DNA from: an uncultured Solibacteraceae bacterium
Lineage (GTDB): Bacteria; Acidobacteriota; Terriglobia; Bryobacterales; Bryobacteraceae
DNA: 59,478 nt
Direction of reading: 5' to 3'
Assembly (NCBI GenBank): GCA_964618435.1
Contig: CAZUAX010000002.1
Location: 19,650-79,127 of the forward strand
Position 1 is the stretch's first letter. Each line of letters opens with the position of its first letter. Shown piece by piece: positions 36,983 through 45,839 of the stretch. The position numbers and the translations under genes are program-made. The notes under the pieces are model-generated. The model was not told the DNA's origin and did not search any database. It saw only the letters and a program-made list of their open reading frames with translations.

Positions 36983-38608
36983 CTAGTTGCTCTCGATGAA
37001 CGTCACTTTATTCACCTCGCGCAGCGTGGTGACGCCCTTCGTCACCAGCACCAGGGCGGACTCGCGTAAGGACGTCATCCCCTCCATGCGTGCTTGTCGC
37101 CGAATCTCCGACGTCGGCCGCCGGTCCAGAATCATCTCGCGGATCTTCTCGCTCAGGTCCAGCAGTTCTGTAATCGCGGTACGGCCATGATAGCCCGTGC
37201 CCCCGCATTCGAAGCAACCAGCACCTTCCTTGAAGTCCACCGCTCTCCATTCGGCCAAATCCAGCCCGCTTTCGATAAGTTCTTCGTCTGCGTAAGTGGT
37301 GGAGCGCTTACAGTGCTCGCAGATCACCCGCACCAGTCTTTGGGCCAGAATGCAATTCAGCGCCGACACGAAGTTGTAGGCTTCTACGCCCATATTCAGA
37401 AAGCGCCCCAACACATCGAACACGTTGTTTGCGTGTACCGTTGTGAATACCAGGTGGCCCGTGAGCGCCGCATTGATGGCAATCTGTGCCGTTTCCTGAT
37501 CGCGGATTTCTCCCACCATCACCTTGTCAGGATCGTGGCGCAGAATGGACCGGAGCCCGCGTGCAAAGGTGAGTCCCTTTTTGTCGTTTACGGGAATCTG
37601 TGTGATGCCTTTTAGCTGATACTCCACGGGGTCTTCAATGGTGATGATCTTGTCTTCGTCGTTCTGAATCTCACTTAACGCGGCATACAGCGTGGTGGTC
37701 TTGCCGGAACCAGTGGGCCCGGTTACCAGCACCATGCCGTACGGCTCCTTGATGTAGCGGCGGAACTTCTGGACCTCCGCTTCGTCAAAGCCCACTACCT
37801 CCAGCGACAGCTTGCTGAACTTCTCGCTCATGCTCTCTTTATCCAGGACGCGCAGCACCGCGTCCTCACCATGAATAGTGGGCATGATGGAGACACGAAA
37901 GTCGATGAGACGGCCCCGATAGCGTACGCGGAACCGGCCGTCCTGCGGCACGCGGCGCTCGGCGATGTCCAGTTCGCTCATCACCTTAATGCGCGAGAGA
38001 ATGGCCGTGTGCCACTCCTTGGCGATGGGTGGCATCGCGAACTGCAGCACGCCGTCGATCCGGTACTTGATCACCACTTCGCCGTCGCGGGTTTCAATGT
38101 GAATGTCACTAGCGCGACGCTCCAGCGCGCTGAAGATGGTGGTATCCACCAACTTGATTACCGGGGCGATGTCGGCGTCGCCCGAAGTCAGCCGCTCTAT
38201 GGAAAGCGTCTCGTCAGGGTTCTCTTCCTCGCCTACCAGATCCAGCGCAAAGCCCGCTGTGGCCTCCTCCAGCACGCGCTGTGACTGTTCCGTCTTCTTC
38301 AGAAGTTCGGAAATTTCTGACAGCGTGGCCACTTTCACCCGCAACCGCTTGCGCAGCAGAATGCTCAACTCGTCAATCACGCTGAGATTCCGCGGGTCCG
38401 AAATGGCAATTTCCAATACGCCGTCCGTTTCACGCAGCGGCACAAAGCTGTAGCGGAACATCAGGTCTACGGGAATCGACCGGAACAGATCATGGTCAAT
38501 GGCGGCCGTCTTGAAATCGACGAACTCGCAATGGTAACGACGCGCCAGAACAATCGCGCTTTCGCGCTCCTGTTCGTGGTTGCGGGTTTTGATTTCTGCG
38601 GTGCCCAT
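36983..38608 (-). CDS. GspE/PilB family type II/IV secretion ATPase
   Basis: 541 aa. It has a T2SSE_N-type N-domain, Walker A VTGPTGSGKTTT, Walker B/Asp box DPDKVMVGEIRD, and a tetracysteine motif CEHCK...CFECGGTGYHGR. Confidence 0.9.
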   Translation of the reverse strand: MGTAEIKTRNHEQERESAIVLARRYHCEFVDFKTAAIDHDLFRSIPVDLMFRYSFVPLRETDGVLEIAISDPRNLSVIDELSILLRKRLRVKVATLSEISELLKKTEQSQRVLEEATAGFALDLVGEEENPDETLSIERLTSGDADIAPVIKLVDTTIFSALERRASDIHIETRDGEVVIKYRIDGVLQFAMPPIAKEWHTAILSRIKVMSELDIAERRVPQDGRFRVRYRGRLIDFRVSIMPTIHGEDAVLRVLDKESMSEKFSKLSLEVVGFDEAEVQKFRRYIKEPYGMVLVTGPTGSGKTTTLYAALSEIQNDEDKIITIEDPVEYQLKGITQIPVNDKKGLTFARGLRSILRHDPDKVMVGEIRDQETAQIAINAALTGHLVFTTVHANNVFDVLGRFLNMGVEAYNFVSALNCILAQRLVRVICEHCKRSTTYADEELIESGLDLAEWRAVDFKEGAGCFECGGTGYHGRTAITELLDLSEKIREMILDRRPTSEIRRQARMEGMTSLRESALVLVTKGVTTLREVNKVTFIESN

Positions 38609-38620
38609 CGCATGGCTCCT

Positions 38621-39832
38621 TTAGCCCAAACTGTCCGCCAGTGAGAAGATCGGCAGGTAGAGCGCAATGAGGACAAAGGCCACGAAGACGCCCATCAGAA
38701 TCATAATCAGAGGCTCAATCAACGAAAGCGCGGCGGTGAGCCGGGTGCCTACATCGTCCTCAAAAAATGTGGCGACGCTGGTAAGCATGGTAGGCAGTGC
38801 GCCCGTGGACTCGCCCACTTCAATCATGTCGATAGACAGCCCGGGAAAAATGCCCGTCGCCGATAGCGCCTTTGACAGCGGCTGGCCTTCCTTTACGGCA
38901 CGCCCAGCTTTGCCGATTGCCGACCGCAGCAAGCGGGAGTTCAGCGATTCGGCCGCCGTCTCCAGCGCCGGAACCAACGGAATACCGCCCACCAGCAGCG
39001 TTCCCAAAATGCGCGAAAACTGCGATACCTGAAACTTGATCCAGATATCCCCGGCTAGCGGCATCCGCAGCTTCCACCGGTCAACTCGCTCCTGCGCCGC
39101 CTCTCCCCGGCTCCACAACTGGAAGGCCACCACAGCGCCCACCACCAGCCCAAAGAATCCCAACACATAGCTGCGGCTGGTGGTGCCAAAGGCAATAAGC
39201 CACTGGGTAATCACCGGCAGCTCAGTGCTCATGCTGTTGTACAGGTCAGAAAAGCTGGGCACCACATAGGTCACCAGAAACACCACCAGCAGCAGCACCA
39301 GGATGATGAGGAAACAAGGATAAATCAGCGAGACCAGCAACTTCTTGCGCACGGCTAAGGTGAGTTGCTGGTACTGGATGTAGCGGTCCAGCACCTCTTC
39401 GAGACTTCCCGCCTTCTCCCCCGCCATTAGCGAAGTGACATAAATCGGCGGAAAGATCTGGGCGGAACGGAAGGCTTCCGACAGTAGAGAGCCGCCCTTC
39501 ACCTCGTCCCGGATGCGGCGCAGGTAGCCCGCCATCTTCGGATCTGCAAAACGCTCAGCCAGCAAATCCAAAGCCTTCAAGATGGGCAGGCCAGCGCGTA
39601 TCAGCGTCACAAACTGCTGGTTGAAGATCAGGAAGCGCTCCAGATTCAGTCGCTTCCCCCGCCCAAACAAACCGGAAGAGACCTGATCCACCGCGGATTT
39701 CGCCTTCACCGAATACACCAGGTAGCCTTGCTGCGTGTAGGCATTCCGCAGTTGGGACTCGCTCTCTGCTTCTTCCACCTTCTGGTGGATCTTGCCGCGG
39801 GCATCGGCAAATTTCAGTGTGTATTCCGCCAT
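38621..39832 (-). CDS. GspF/PilC family platform protein
   Basis: 403 aa with duplicated T2SSF domains (FNQQFVTLIRAGLPILKALD and FSRILGTLLVGGIPLVPALE) and three TM segments. Confidence 0.9.
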   Translation of the reverse strand: MAEYTLKFADARGKIHQKVEEAESESQLRNAYTQQGYLVYSVKAKSAVDQVSSGLFGRGKRLNLERFLIFNQQFVTLIRAGLPILKALDLLAERFADPKMAGYLRRIRDEVKGGSLLSEAFRSAQIFPPIYVTSLMAGEKAGSLEEVLDRYIQYQQLTLAVRKKLLVSLIYPCFLIILVLLLVVFLVTYVVPSFSDLYNSMSTELPVITQWLIAFGTTSRSYVLGFFGLVVGAVVAFQLWSRGEAAQERVDRWKLRMPLAGDIWIKFQVSQFSRILGTLLVGGIPLVPALETAAESLNSRLLRSAIGKAGRAVKEGQPLSKALSATGIFPGLSIDMIEVGESTGALPTMLTSVATFFEDDVGTRLTAALSLIEPLIMILMGVFVAFVLIALYLPIFSLADSLG

Positions 39833-39861
39833 GGCATTACGAACCTTCAGGACGCGTGCCC

Positions 39862-40569
39862 TTACGGCTCTGCCTCCACCAGACGCGCTCCGGATGGCGG
39901 ACGAAATTCGAATCGCGATTCCGTAAGCGCCAGGTTACGCTTCTCGTCCCTGAATCGGAACCGGTTGACCGCCTGGTCCATTCCGGCCACCTCCACCTCG
40001 AGAATTTCGTAGTTGGGCGACACCAGGAAACTCACCATGCTGTATGGAGATTTGTCGCTCTTGGGCTCGGCGGTAATCCAGTAGTTTTTCGCTTCCGGCT
40101 TCAGGGTAAAGCGGCCAAAATCTTTCTGAAAATCAAGCTTGCCCAGCAAGAAGGCCAGCGGCGCACGCAGATCGTCCGTTGCCCGGAAGGGCGTCCGCTC
40201 CACTACATTTGTCGACGGGCTGTAAAGGTAAACAAATTTCCCATCTGAAAGGAAAATCTTACCTTCGGGGTCTGTGTACTCCCATCGCATCTTTCCGGGT
40301 TTCTGCAGATACAGCGTACCGGTCTCCGTACGTGACCGCGGCCCGAAACGGAAAACCTGCGTGAACTCCACCTGCAGCGTCTTCACCGCGTTATAGCGGC
40401 TTTCGACGCCCTGCAGGATGGGTGAAATGCGGGTCTGAGTAAGACCTGTGGACGTGATGGCAAGCCATAGCACGGCAAGCACAAGAATCCCCAAGATTTC
40501 TCGCCAACGGCACATATCTACTAGACGCATAAGCCCTCCAAAACGTGGACTGCGCAATTTCGTGGCCAT
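39862..40569 (-). CDS. LolA-like outer membrane lipoprotein carrier family protein
   Basis: ORF 39862..40701. The ATG at 40569 is preferred, with alternatives at 40530 and 40515. It has a signal sequence ILGILVLAVLWLAITS and the LolA pattern VKTLQVEFTQVF...GTLYLQKPGKMRWEYTDPEGKIFLSDGKFVYLYSP. Confidence 0.7.
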   Translation of the reverse strand: MATKLRSPRFGGLMRLVDMCRWREILGILVLAVLWLAITSTGLTQTRISPILQGVESRYNAVKTLQVEFTQVFRFGPRSRTETGTLYLQKPGKMRWEYTDPEGKIFLSDGKFVYLYSPSTNVVERTPFRATDDLRAPLAFLLGKLDFQKDFGRFTLKPEAKNYWITAEPKSDKSPYSMVSFLVSPNYEILEVEVAGMDQAVNRFRFRDEKRNLALTESRFEFRPPSGARLVEAEP

Positions 40570-40669
40570 TACCCGATGGGTATCCGATGACCGTTCTCGG
40601 CCTCGCCTGTATTGTTTGACGTCTTCCGAAAGAAACCTGTCACCCCGAAGGCCCCGCTTGAATCGAATA

Positions 40670-40861
40670 ATGCGTATGCCTTTATACGAGTACCGCTGCA
40701 CGAAGTGTGGGCGTCGTTACGAGAAATTGCGGCGCTTTGCGGAGCGGGATCGCCCCGCCGAATGCCCGGATTGCAGGTCAGAGGAGAGCGAACTGCAGAT
40801 CTCCTGTTTCGCCACGGGAGGCTGTGGCACTGGGGGCGGTGGTCGCGGTGGCTTCACTTGA
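40670..40861 (+). CDS. FmdB family zinc ribbon protein
   Basis: Only the C-terminal 63 aa of ORF 40448..40861 look real. MRMPLYEYRCTKCGRRYEKL...CPDCRS is the CxxC-x(n)-CxxC signature, followed by a Gly/Cys-rich tail. Confidence 0.75.
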   Translation: MRMPLYEYRCTKCGRRYEKLRRFAERDRPAECPDCRSEESELQISCFATGGCGTGGGGRGGFT

Positions 40862-40874
40862 GCCTAGGTATCCG

Positions 40875-40893
40875 GGCGGCAGTTAGCCGCCCC
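40875..40893 (+). terminator. GC hairpin after the zinc-ribbon gene
   Basis: GGGCGGC-agtta-GCCGCCC followed by a C/T-rich tract. There is no clean U-run. Confidence 0.4.
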
Positions 40894-41338
40894 TCCCTCT
40901 CTCTTGGTACCCCTTGGTTTCCTGAGCCCTCACCCCGTCTACTACCAGTTCCCCGGCACCTGCCGTTCGCAATTCCTGCCGCGCCCTCTAGTTCCTCTTC
41001 CTGCGCTGTACCTACCAAAGCCTGAAACAGCGGATCGGCCCAACTGCAGAGGGTCTTCTGCAAATGGAAGCGGCGCGATTTGGCCCTAAGCCCCCTAGCT
41101 ACCAGTCGATGCATGCGGACGACTTAACCCATGTATTGTCATTAAGTTACACGGATCACTTTCTTTCGGGGCCTACTGCGCTCTACCATTAAGCCCTCTC
41201 CTCCACACCATAGAAAAATATGGAGAATCAAAGGTTGGTAAAGTCGCGTTTTCCTCTTGATTAACTTCTGCTATCGCCCCGATAATCAGGAACGTGCCTT
41301 GGCACCAAATTTCTCGCTCTTATTCGGGATTTGAAAGT

Positions 41339-44300
41339 ATGACAAAGTTGTCAAGATTTTTGTTCGTCACCTCTCTCGTAGCCACTCTGTTGGCGATTCC
41401 AGTGTTCGCTCAGGAATTTCGAGCCACGCTGAACGGCACCGTCACTGATGCGCAGGGTGCAGTTATCCCTGGCGCTACGGTAATCGCCACGCAAACCAAT
41501 ACCGGCAGCAAGTCAGAAGCAACCGCCGGCGCTGGCGGGCAGTACACGCTGCCATTCCTCGCCCCCGGCAGCTACACGGTGGAAGCCACCTCGCAGGGCT
41601 TCAAGCGCTTCCGCCAGGAAAACATCCAACTTGGCACCAATCAGCGCGTCACGTTAAACATCTCCCTGGAAATTGGCGACATCGTCGAGACCGTAACCGT
41701 TACCTCCGATGCCCCTCTGCTGACGTCCAACTCCGCTGCAACCGGACAGGTGATCAGCCAGGAAGTGATTGAAAGCATTCCTATGAGCGGACGCACGCCG
41801 ATGTCCCTGGCGGCCATCGCGTTTGGCGTCACCGCCATGAGCGACCCCCGCTTCACGCGCCCCTTCGACAACGCTGGCCCCTCCGGCATCTCGATGGGCG
41901 GCGCACCAAATCGCAGCAATGAGCTGCTGAATGATGGCGCACCAAACACCACCCGCGACCGTCGCGTGGCCTACAACCCACCGGTGGATGCCGTGGGTGA
42001 AGTGAAGGTGGAAGTCTTCCAGAGCGACGCCTCCTACGGAAACACTGGCGGTGGCACCGTAAACGTCACCACCAAGGCGGGCACTAACCGCTTCCGCGGC
42101 GCACTGTACAACTTCAATCAGGTGGAGAATCTTGCAGCCACTGACTTCTTTGTCAACCAGAGTGGTGGGCAAAAGACGAATTCCGTCTTCAATCAATGGG
42201 GCGTGAGTGCTGGTGGACCGGTGTACATCCCTAAACTTTTTGATGGACGGAATAAGCTTTTCTGGCAGTTCAACTACGAAGGCATCAAGAATCGCCAGCC
42301 GGAGCCCTTCCGCACAACCGTTCCCACCCCAGCAAATCGCACTGGCGACTTCAGCCAGCAGCTTGCCCTGGGCAGCCGTTATCAGATCCACGATCCGCTT
42401 AGCGGTGCGCTACAGGCGAACGGCACCATTCTGCGTACGCCCTTCGCCGGCAACGTGATTCCTCAGAACCGGATCTCCGCAATCGCTCCCAACGTGCTGT
42501 CGTACTTTCCGCAGCCTAACACCGCAGGCGCTGCGGACAGCCAGGACAACTACCAGGTAAACACCAACCGTGGCGATGACTTCTTCACCACACTCGGCCG
42601 CACGGACCTCAACATCAGCGACAACCACAAGATGTTTTTCTCCATGCAGCACAACGAGCGGACGGAGTTTCGCGGCTTTGCATTCGGCCTGGACGACATC
42701 TCGCAGGGCAACTTCCTGAAGCGCATCAACTGGGGCGCAAAGCTGGATGACGTCTACACCTTCAACCCCACCACAATCCTCAACACGCGCCTGAACTGGA
42801 CGCGATTTACGGAAGGTGGCCAGCGTCCCAGCCTTGGCTTCGACATGACCTCCCTGGGCTTTCCGTCGTCTCTTGCGGCGGCCAGTTCCCAGGCTGTCAT
42901 GCCTGGCTTCGACTTCGGCACCTATCGTGACTTGGGGAACTCCGGAAGCGCTCCCTTCCCCTTCGACAACTTCCAGATCTTCTCCGCCGTCACGAAGCTC
43001 ACTGGCAACCATTCCTTTAAGTTTGGAACCGACCTCCGCCTGTTGCGCGAGCACGTAACCTCGTTCGGCAATTCCAGCGGCTTCTACCAGTTCCGCGACA
43101 ACTTTGTGCGTGGTCCGCTGAATACTGCCGGTGCCATTCCCTTAATCGGCGACATGGCCACTTTCCTGCTGGGCTTACCCACTTCCGGCAACTTCGACGT
43201 GGCTTCCGCGCGCAGCCCGCAGTCCCGCTACGTTGCCTTCTTTGCTCAGGACGACTGGCGCGTCACCAGCAACCTCACCCTGCAGCTCGGCCTCCGCTAC
43301 GAAAAAGAGCTGCGGACCACAGAACGCTACAACCGCCAGGTGGTGGGTTTTGACGCTGCCACGGCCAACGCCGCTACCGCACAGGCGCTTGCCGTTTATA
43401 ACAGCACGCCAGCGCTGCAGCAGTTGATTCCCAGCTTCGATCCTCGCGGTGGACTGCTATTCGCTGACCCCAACAACCGCTCGGTGGGTTCTTCGACCGA
43501 CATGAACTTCAGCCCGCGCATCGGGCTTGCCTATACCCCGGACCGGCTTGGCGGCAAGACAGTGTTCCGCGGCGGCTTCGGCATGTTTTACTTCACCGAA
43601 GGATTGCAGCCATCCATCCAGCCGGGCTTCCAGCAGCGCACGCAGTTCGTGCCTAGCGACGACGGTGGCCTTACCTTCATTGCTGACCTCAGCAACCCCT
43701 TCCCCAATGGCATCCTGCCCGCAGCCAGCACAGGTGACATCAATACCTTCCTGGGGCAGAGCGTCACCTTCTACAACCCGGAATTCCGGCAGCCCTATTC
43801 CATCCGCTGGAACTTCACCATCCAGCAGCAACTGGCGGGCAACCTCCTCATGGAAGTGGGTTACATCGGCAACAGCGCCAACCGGCTGCAGGGAAACCGC
43901 CAGCTCAATTTCTTTGACCGGCAGTTCCTCAGCACCACTGGTGTGCGGGACCAGGACAACATCAACTTCCTGAGCCAGCAGGTTACCAACCCATTTGCCG
44001 GCCTATTGCCTGGCACCGGACTGAATGGCGCACGGATCCAGTTGCAGCAACTTTTGCGACCCTTTGCCCAGTTCAACGGCGAAGGTGGCGTCACCATGAA
44101 CACCGACAACTTCGGCAGCAGCTACTACCACGGACTGCAAGCCCGTCTGGAAAAGCGCTTTGCGAACGGATTCAGCTGGCTCGCCAATTACCAGTGGGCA
44201 CGCACCATCGAGCGCCGCAGTTTCCTGAACAACCAGGACTTCGGGCCTGAAAAGCGCATTGCGGACGAAGACCGCCCGCACCGCCTCGTAGCCACCGGCG

Positions 44301-44803
44301 TTTACATGCTGCCCTTTGGCCGCGGACAACGCTTCGCCAATGCGACCAACGGATTCCTGGACCGCGTCATCGGCGGATGGCAGGTGAACGGCATCTATAC
44401 CGCCGCCTCCGCAAACGCGGTGGGCTGGGGTAACCTTCTCTATCTCGGCGGGGACCTCAACTGGAATTCCACCGGGGGCTTGCAGCAGGGCGATACTGCG
44501 TTTGATGTAAATCAATTCAATCGCGTCCCCAACCAGCAGCTTGCCCAGAACCTGCGCACCTTTGGCAGCCGCTTTAGCGCCTATCGTCTTAACCCCACGA
44601 ACAACGTGGACTTCTCATTCCTGAAGAACACCCGCATTGCGGAATCAGTGAACCTACAGTTCCGCGCGGAGTTCTTCAACTTCCTGAATACCCCGGCGTT
44701 CAACGGGCCAAACCTAACCCCTACGAACGCCAACTTTGGCCGCATCACCAGCCAGCGGAACCTGCCCCGGCAGACACAGTTGGCCTTGCGGCTCACCTGG
44801 TAA
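41339..44803 (+). CDS. TonB-dependent receptor with a carboxypeptidase-regulatory-like N-terminal domain
   Basis: ORF 41294..44803, start trimmed to the ATG at 41339 (MTKLSRFLFVTSLVATLLAIPVFAQE signal). CarboxypepD_reg pattern LNGTVTDAQGAVIPGATVIATQTNTGS...YTLPFLAPGSYTVEATSQGFKRF. It has a long beta-barrel and an aromatic C-terminus (ALRLTW). Confidence 0.85.
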   Translation: MTKLSRFLFVTSLVATLLAIPVFAQEFRATLNGTVTDAQGAVIPGATVIATQTNTGSKSEATAGAGGQYTLPFLAPGSYTVEATSQGFKRFRQENIQLGTNQRVTLNISLEIGDIVETVTVTSDAPLLTSNSAATGQVISQEVIESIPMSGRTPMSLAAIAFGVTAMSDPRFTRPFDNAGPSGISMGGAPNRSNELLNDGAPNTTRDRRVAYNPPVDAVGEVKVEVFQSDASYGNTGGGTVNVTTKAGTNRFRGALYNFNQVENLAATDFFVNQSGGQKTNSVFNQWGVSAGGPVYIPKLFDGRNKLFWQFNYEGIKNRQPEPFRTTVPTPANRTGDFSQQLALGSRYQIHDPLSGALQANGTILRTPFAGNVIPQNRISAIAPNVLSYFPQPNTAGAADSQDNYQVNTNRGDDFFTTLGRTDLNISDNHKMFFSMQHNERTEFRGFAFGLDDISQGNFLKRINWGAKLDDVYTFNPTTILNTRLNWTRFTEGGQRPSLGFDMTSLGFPSSLAAASSQAVMPGFDFGTYRDLGNSGSAPFPFDNFQIFSAVTKLTGNHSFKFGTDLRLLREHVTSFGNSSGFYQFRDNFVRGPLNTAGAIPLIGDMATFLLGLPTSGNFDVASARSPQSRYVAFFAQDDWRVTSNLTLQLGLRYEKELRTTERYNRQVVGFDAATANAATAQALAVYNSTPALQQLIPSFDPRGGLLFADPNNRSVGSSTDMNFSPRIGLAYTPDRLGGKTVFRGGFGMFYFTEGLQPSIQPGFQQRTQFVPSDDGGLTFIADLSNPFPNGILPAASTGDINTFLGQSVTFYNPEFRQPYSIRWNFTIQQQLAGNLLMEVGYIGNSANRLQGNRQLNFFDRQFLSTTGVRDQDNINFLSQQVTNPFAGLLPGTGLNGARIQLQQLLRPFAQFNGEGGVTMNTDNFGSSYYHGLQARLEKRFANGFSWLANYQWARTIERRSFLNNQDFGPEKRIADEDRPHRLVATGVYMLPFGRGQRFANATNGFLDRVIGGWQVNGIYTAASANAVGWGNLLYLGGDLNWNSTGGLQQGDTAFDVNQFNRVPNQQLAQNLRTFGSRFSAYRLNPTNNVDFSFLKNTRIAESVNLQFRAEFFNFLNTPAFNGPNLTPTNANFGRITSQRNLPRQTQLALRLTW

Positions 44804-44836
44804 CAGCATCCGTCAGGGGGCTAGCCCCGTACAAAC

Positions 44837-44886
44837 GAAAATCCGGGCCGCTACTCAATGGAGCAGCGGCCCGGATTTTCGTTTTT
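44837..44886. terminator. bidirectional intrinsic terminator
   Basis: Perfect 16-bp stem GAAAATCCGGGCCGCT / AGCGGCCCGGATTTTC with a 12-nt loop. It is flanked by an A-rich tract on the left and TTTTCGTTTTT on the right, between convergent genes. Confidence 0.85.
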
Positions 44887-44914
44887 GCCCCGAGTATTCG
44901 CTTCCGTTGCAGCC

Positions 44915-45550
44915 TTAATTTCCGTTTAGGGGGATCCGCACCGAAACCGCGCCGCGAAGATCGCCCGCGGCATAACCGGTTGCCAGATCCTTTGGATAGC
45001 GGGTACCAAGGATTGCTCTCACTTCCTGCGGAATGCGTTCCGCTGGCCCGTGACAGGTTAGGCACATTGCCTGCACCAATATGGGCTTCATGTAGCGCAG
45101 GTGGCGCACGCCGTTGCTATCCTCCACGACCTCTGCACTCTCGTCGGGCAACTCTTGGCGGGCATTTGCCTGCTGCCAGCGGCGAAGCATCGCAGCCTCA
45201 TAGGTGTCTGGCTGGTCATTGGGGTTTCGGTACCTTAGACTTACCCGTCGTGCGGAAGCACCCACCGCCGCATTGAACTCGCCACTCACAGTCTGTGCCT
45301 TTTCGCTGCATACTTTCACCGCGCCCACAAAACCGCCCTTGGCCAATTCCTCCGACAACAGCTTCTGCAACTCGCTGCTAAGGCCGCGGGTTACCTGTCG
45401 TGCCTGGGAAAGCGCCGCTTCCGGAACCTCATTGCCTTGTGGGACGGCTTGGGTGAAGGCAACCCCTCCCGCTACACCAAATACGCCGAGCATCAGAAAC
45501 GCCGCTGCGTGCAAACGGCGGACTGACGGCGAACACCGAGACAAGCGCAT
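44915..45550 (-). CDS. DUF3365 (Tll0287-like) domain protein with a c-type haem motif
   Basis: ORF 44915..45637, start trimmed to the ATG at 45550 (signal-like MRLSRCSPSVRRLHAAAFLMLGVFGVAGGVAF). Motifs: CLTCHG (CXXCH) and ATGYAAGDLRGAVSVRIPL. Confidence 0.7.
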   Translation of the reverse strand: MRLSRCSPSVRRLHAAAFLMLGVFGVAGGVAFTQAVPQGNEVPEAALSQARQVTRGLSSELQKLLSEELAKGGFVGAVKVCSEKAQTVSGEFNAAVGASARRVSLRYRNPNDQPDTYEAAMLRRWQQANARQELPDESAEVVEDSNGVRHLRYMKPILVQAMCLTCHGPAERIPQEVRAILGTRYPKDLATGYAAGDLRGAVSVRIPLNGN

Positions 45551-45839
45551 AGATGCATCTCCTTCGACAAGCTTATCCCGGATAGTGACCCATCGCAGCG
45601 CCAGATTGGCTGTCGCAGATTCGTCCCGTCTTGGCAAACAGCTTCTCTCGGACGCCTAAGCGATTGCTTTTCAGCGGAATATGGGGAAACAATTGGGAGG
45701 CACGAACCGTCTATCACACAGCGGTTACCCGACCGTTCATCGATTCTGCTTCCCAGCCGACGCACCCACCCAGCCCATCGACGCAGTAACCAGGCGGTGA
45801 AGCAGCAAGCCGATGAAGCAGTAACCAAGGAGGAGACAA

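Noticed and set aside
40448-40669. The N-terminal 74 aa of the 137-aa plus-strand ORF 40448..40861.
   Set aside because: This part overlaps the LolA-like gene start on the other strand and is Arg/Ser-rich. The FmdB zinc-ribbon signature begins at MRMPLYEYRC (40670), which is the usual N-terminus of that family.
40940-40980. A possible cobalamin riboswitch B12-box (CACCTGCC) in the leader of the TonB-dependent receptor.
   Set aside because: There is only a partial match to the B12 box. The other conserved core elements are absent, and it lies ~380 nt from the start codon. This is not enough to call a riboswitch.
41300-41316. A sigma-54 -24-like element TGGCAC, 34 nt upstream of the receptor ATG.
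   Set aside because: The -12 position reads TTCT instead of TTGC, so there is no GC dinucleotide at the required spacing. The resulting leader would be only ~13 nt with no ribosome-binding site.
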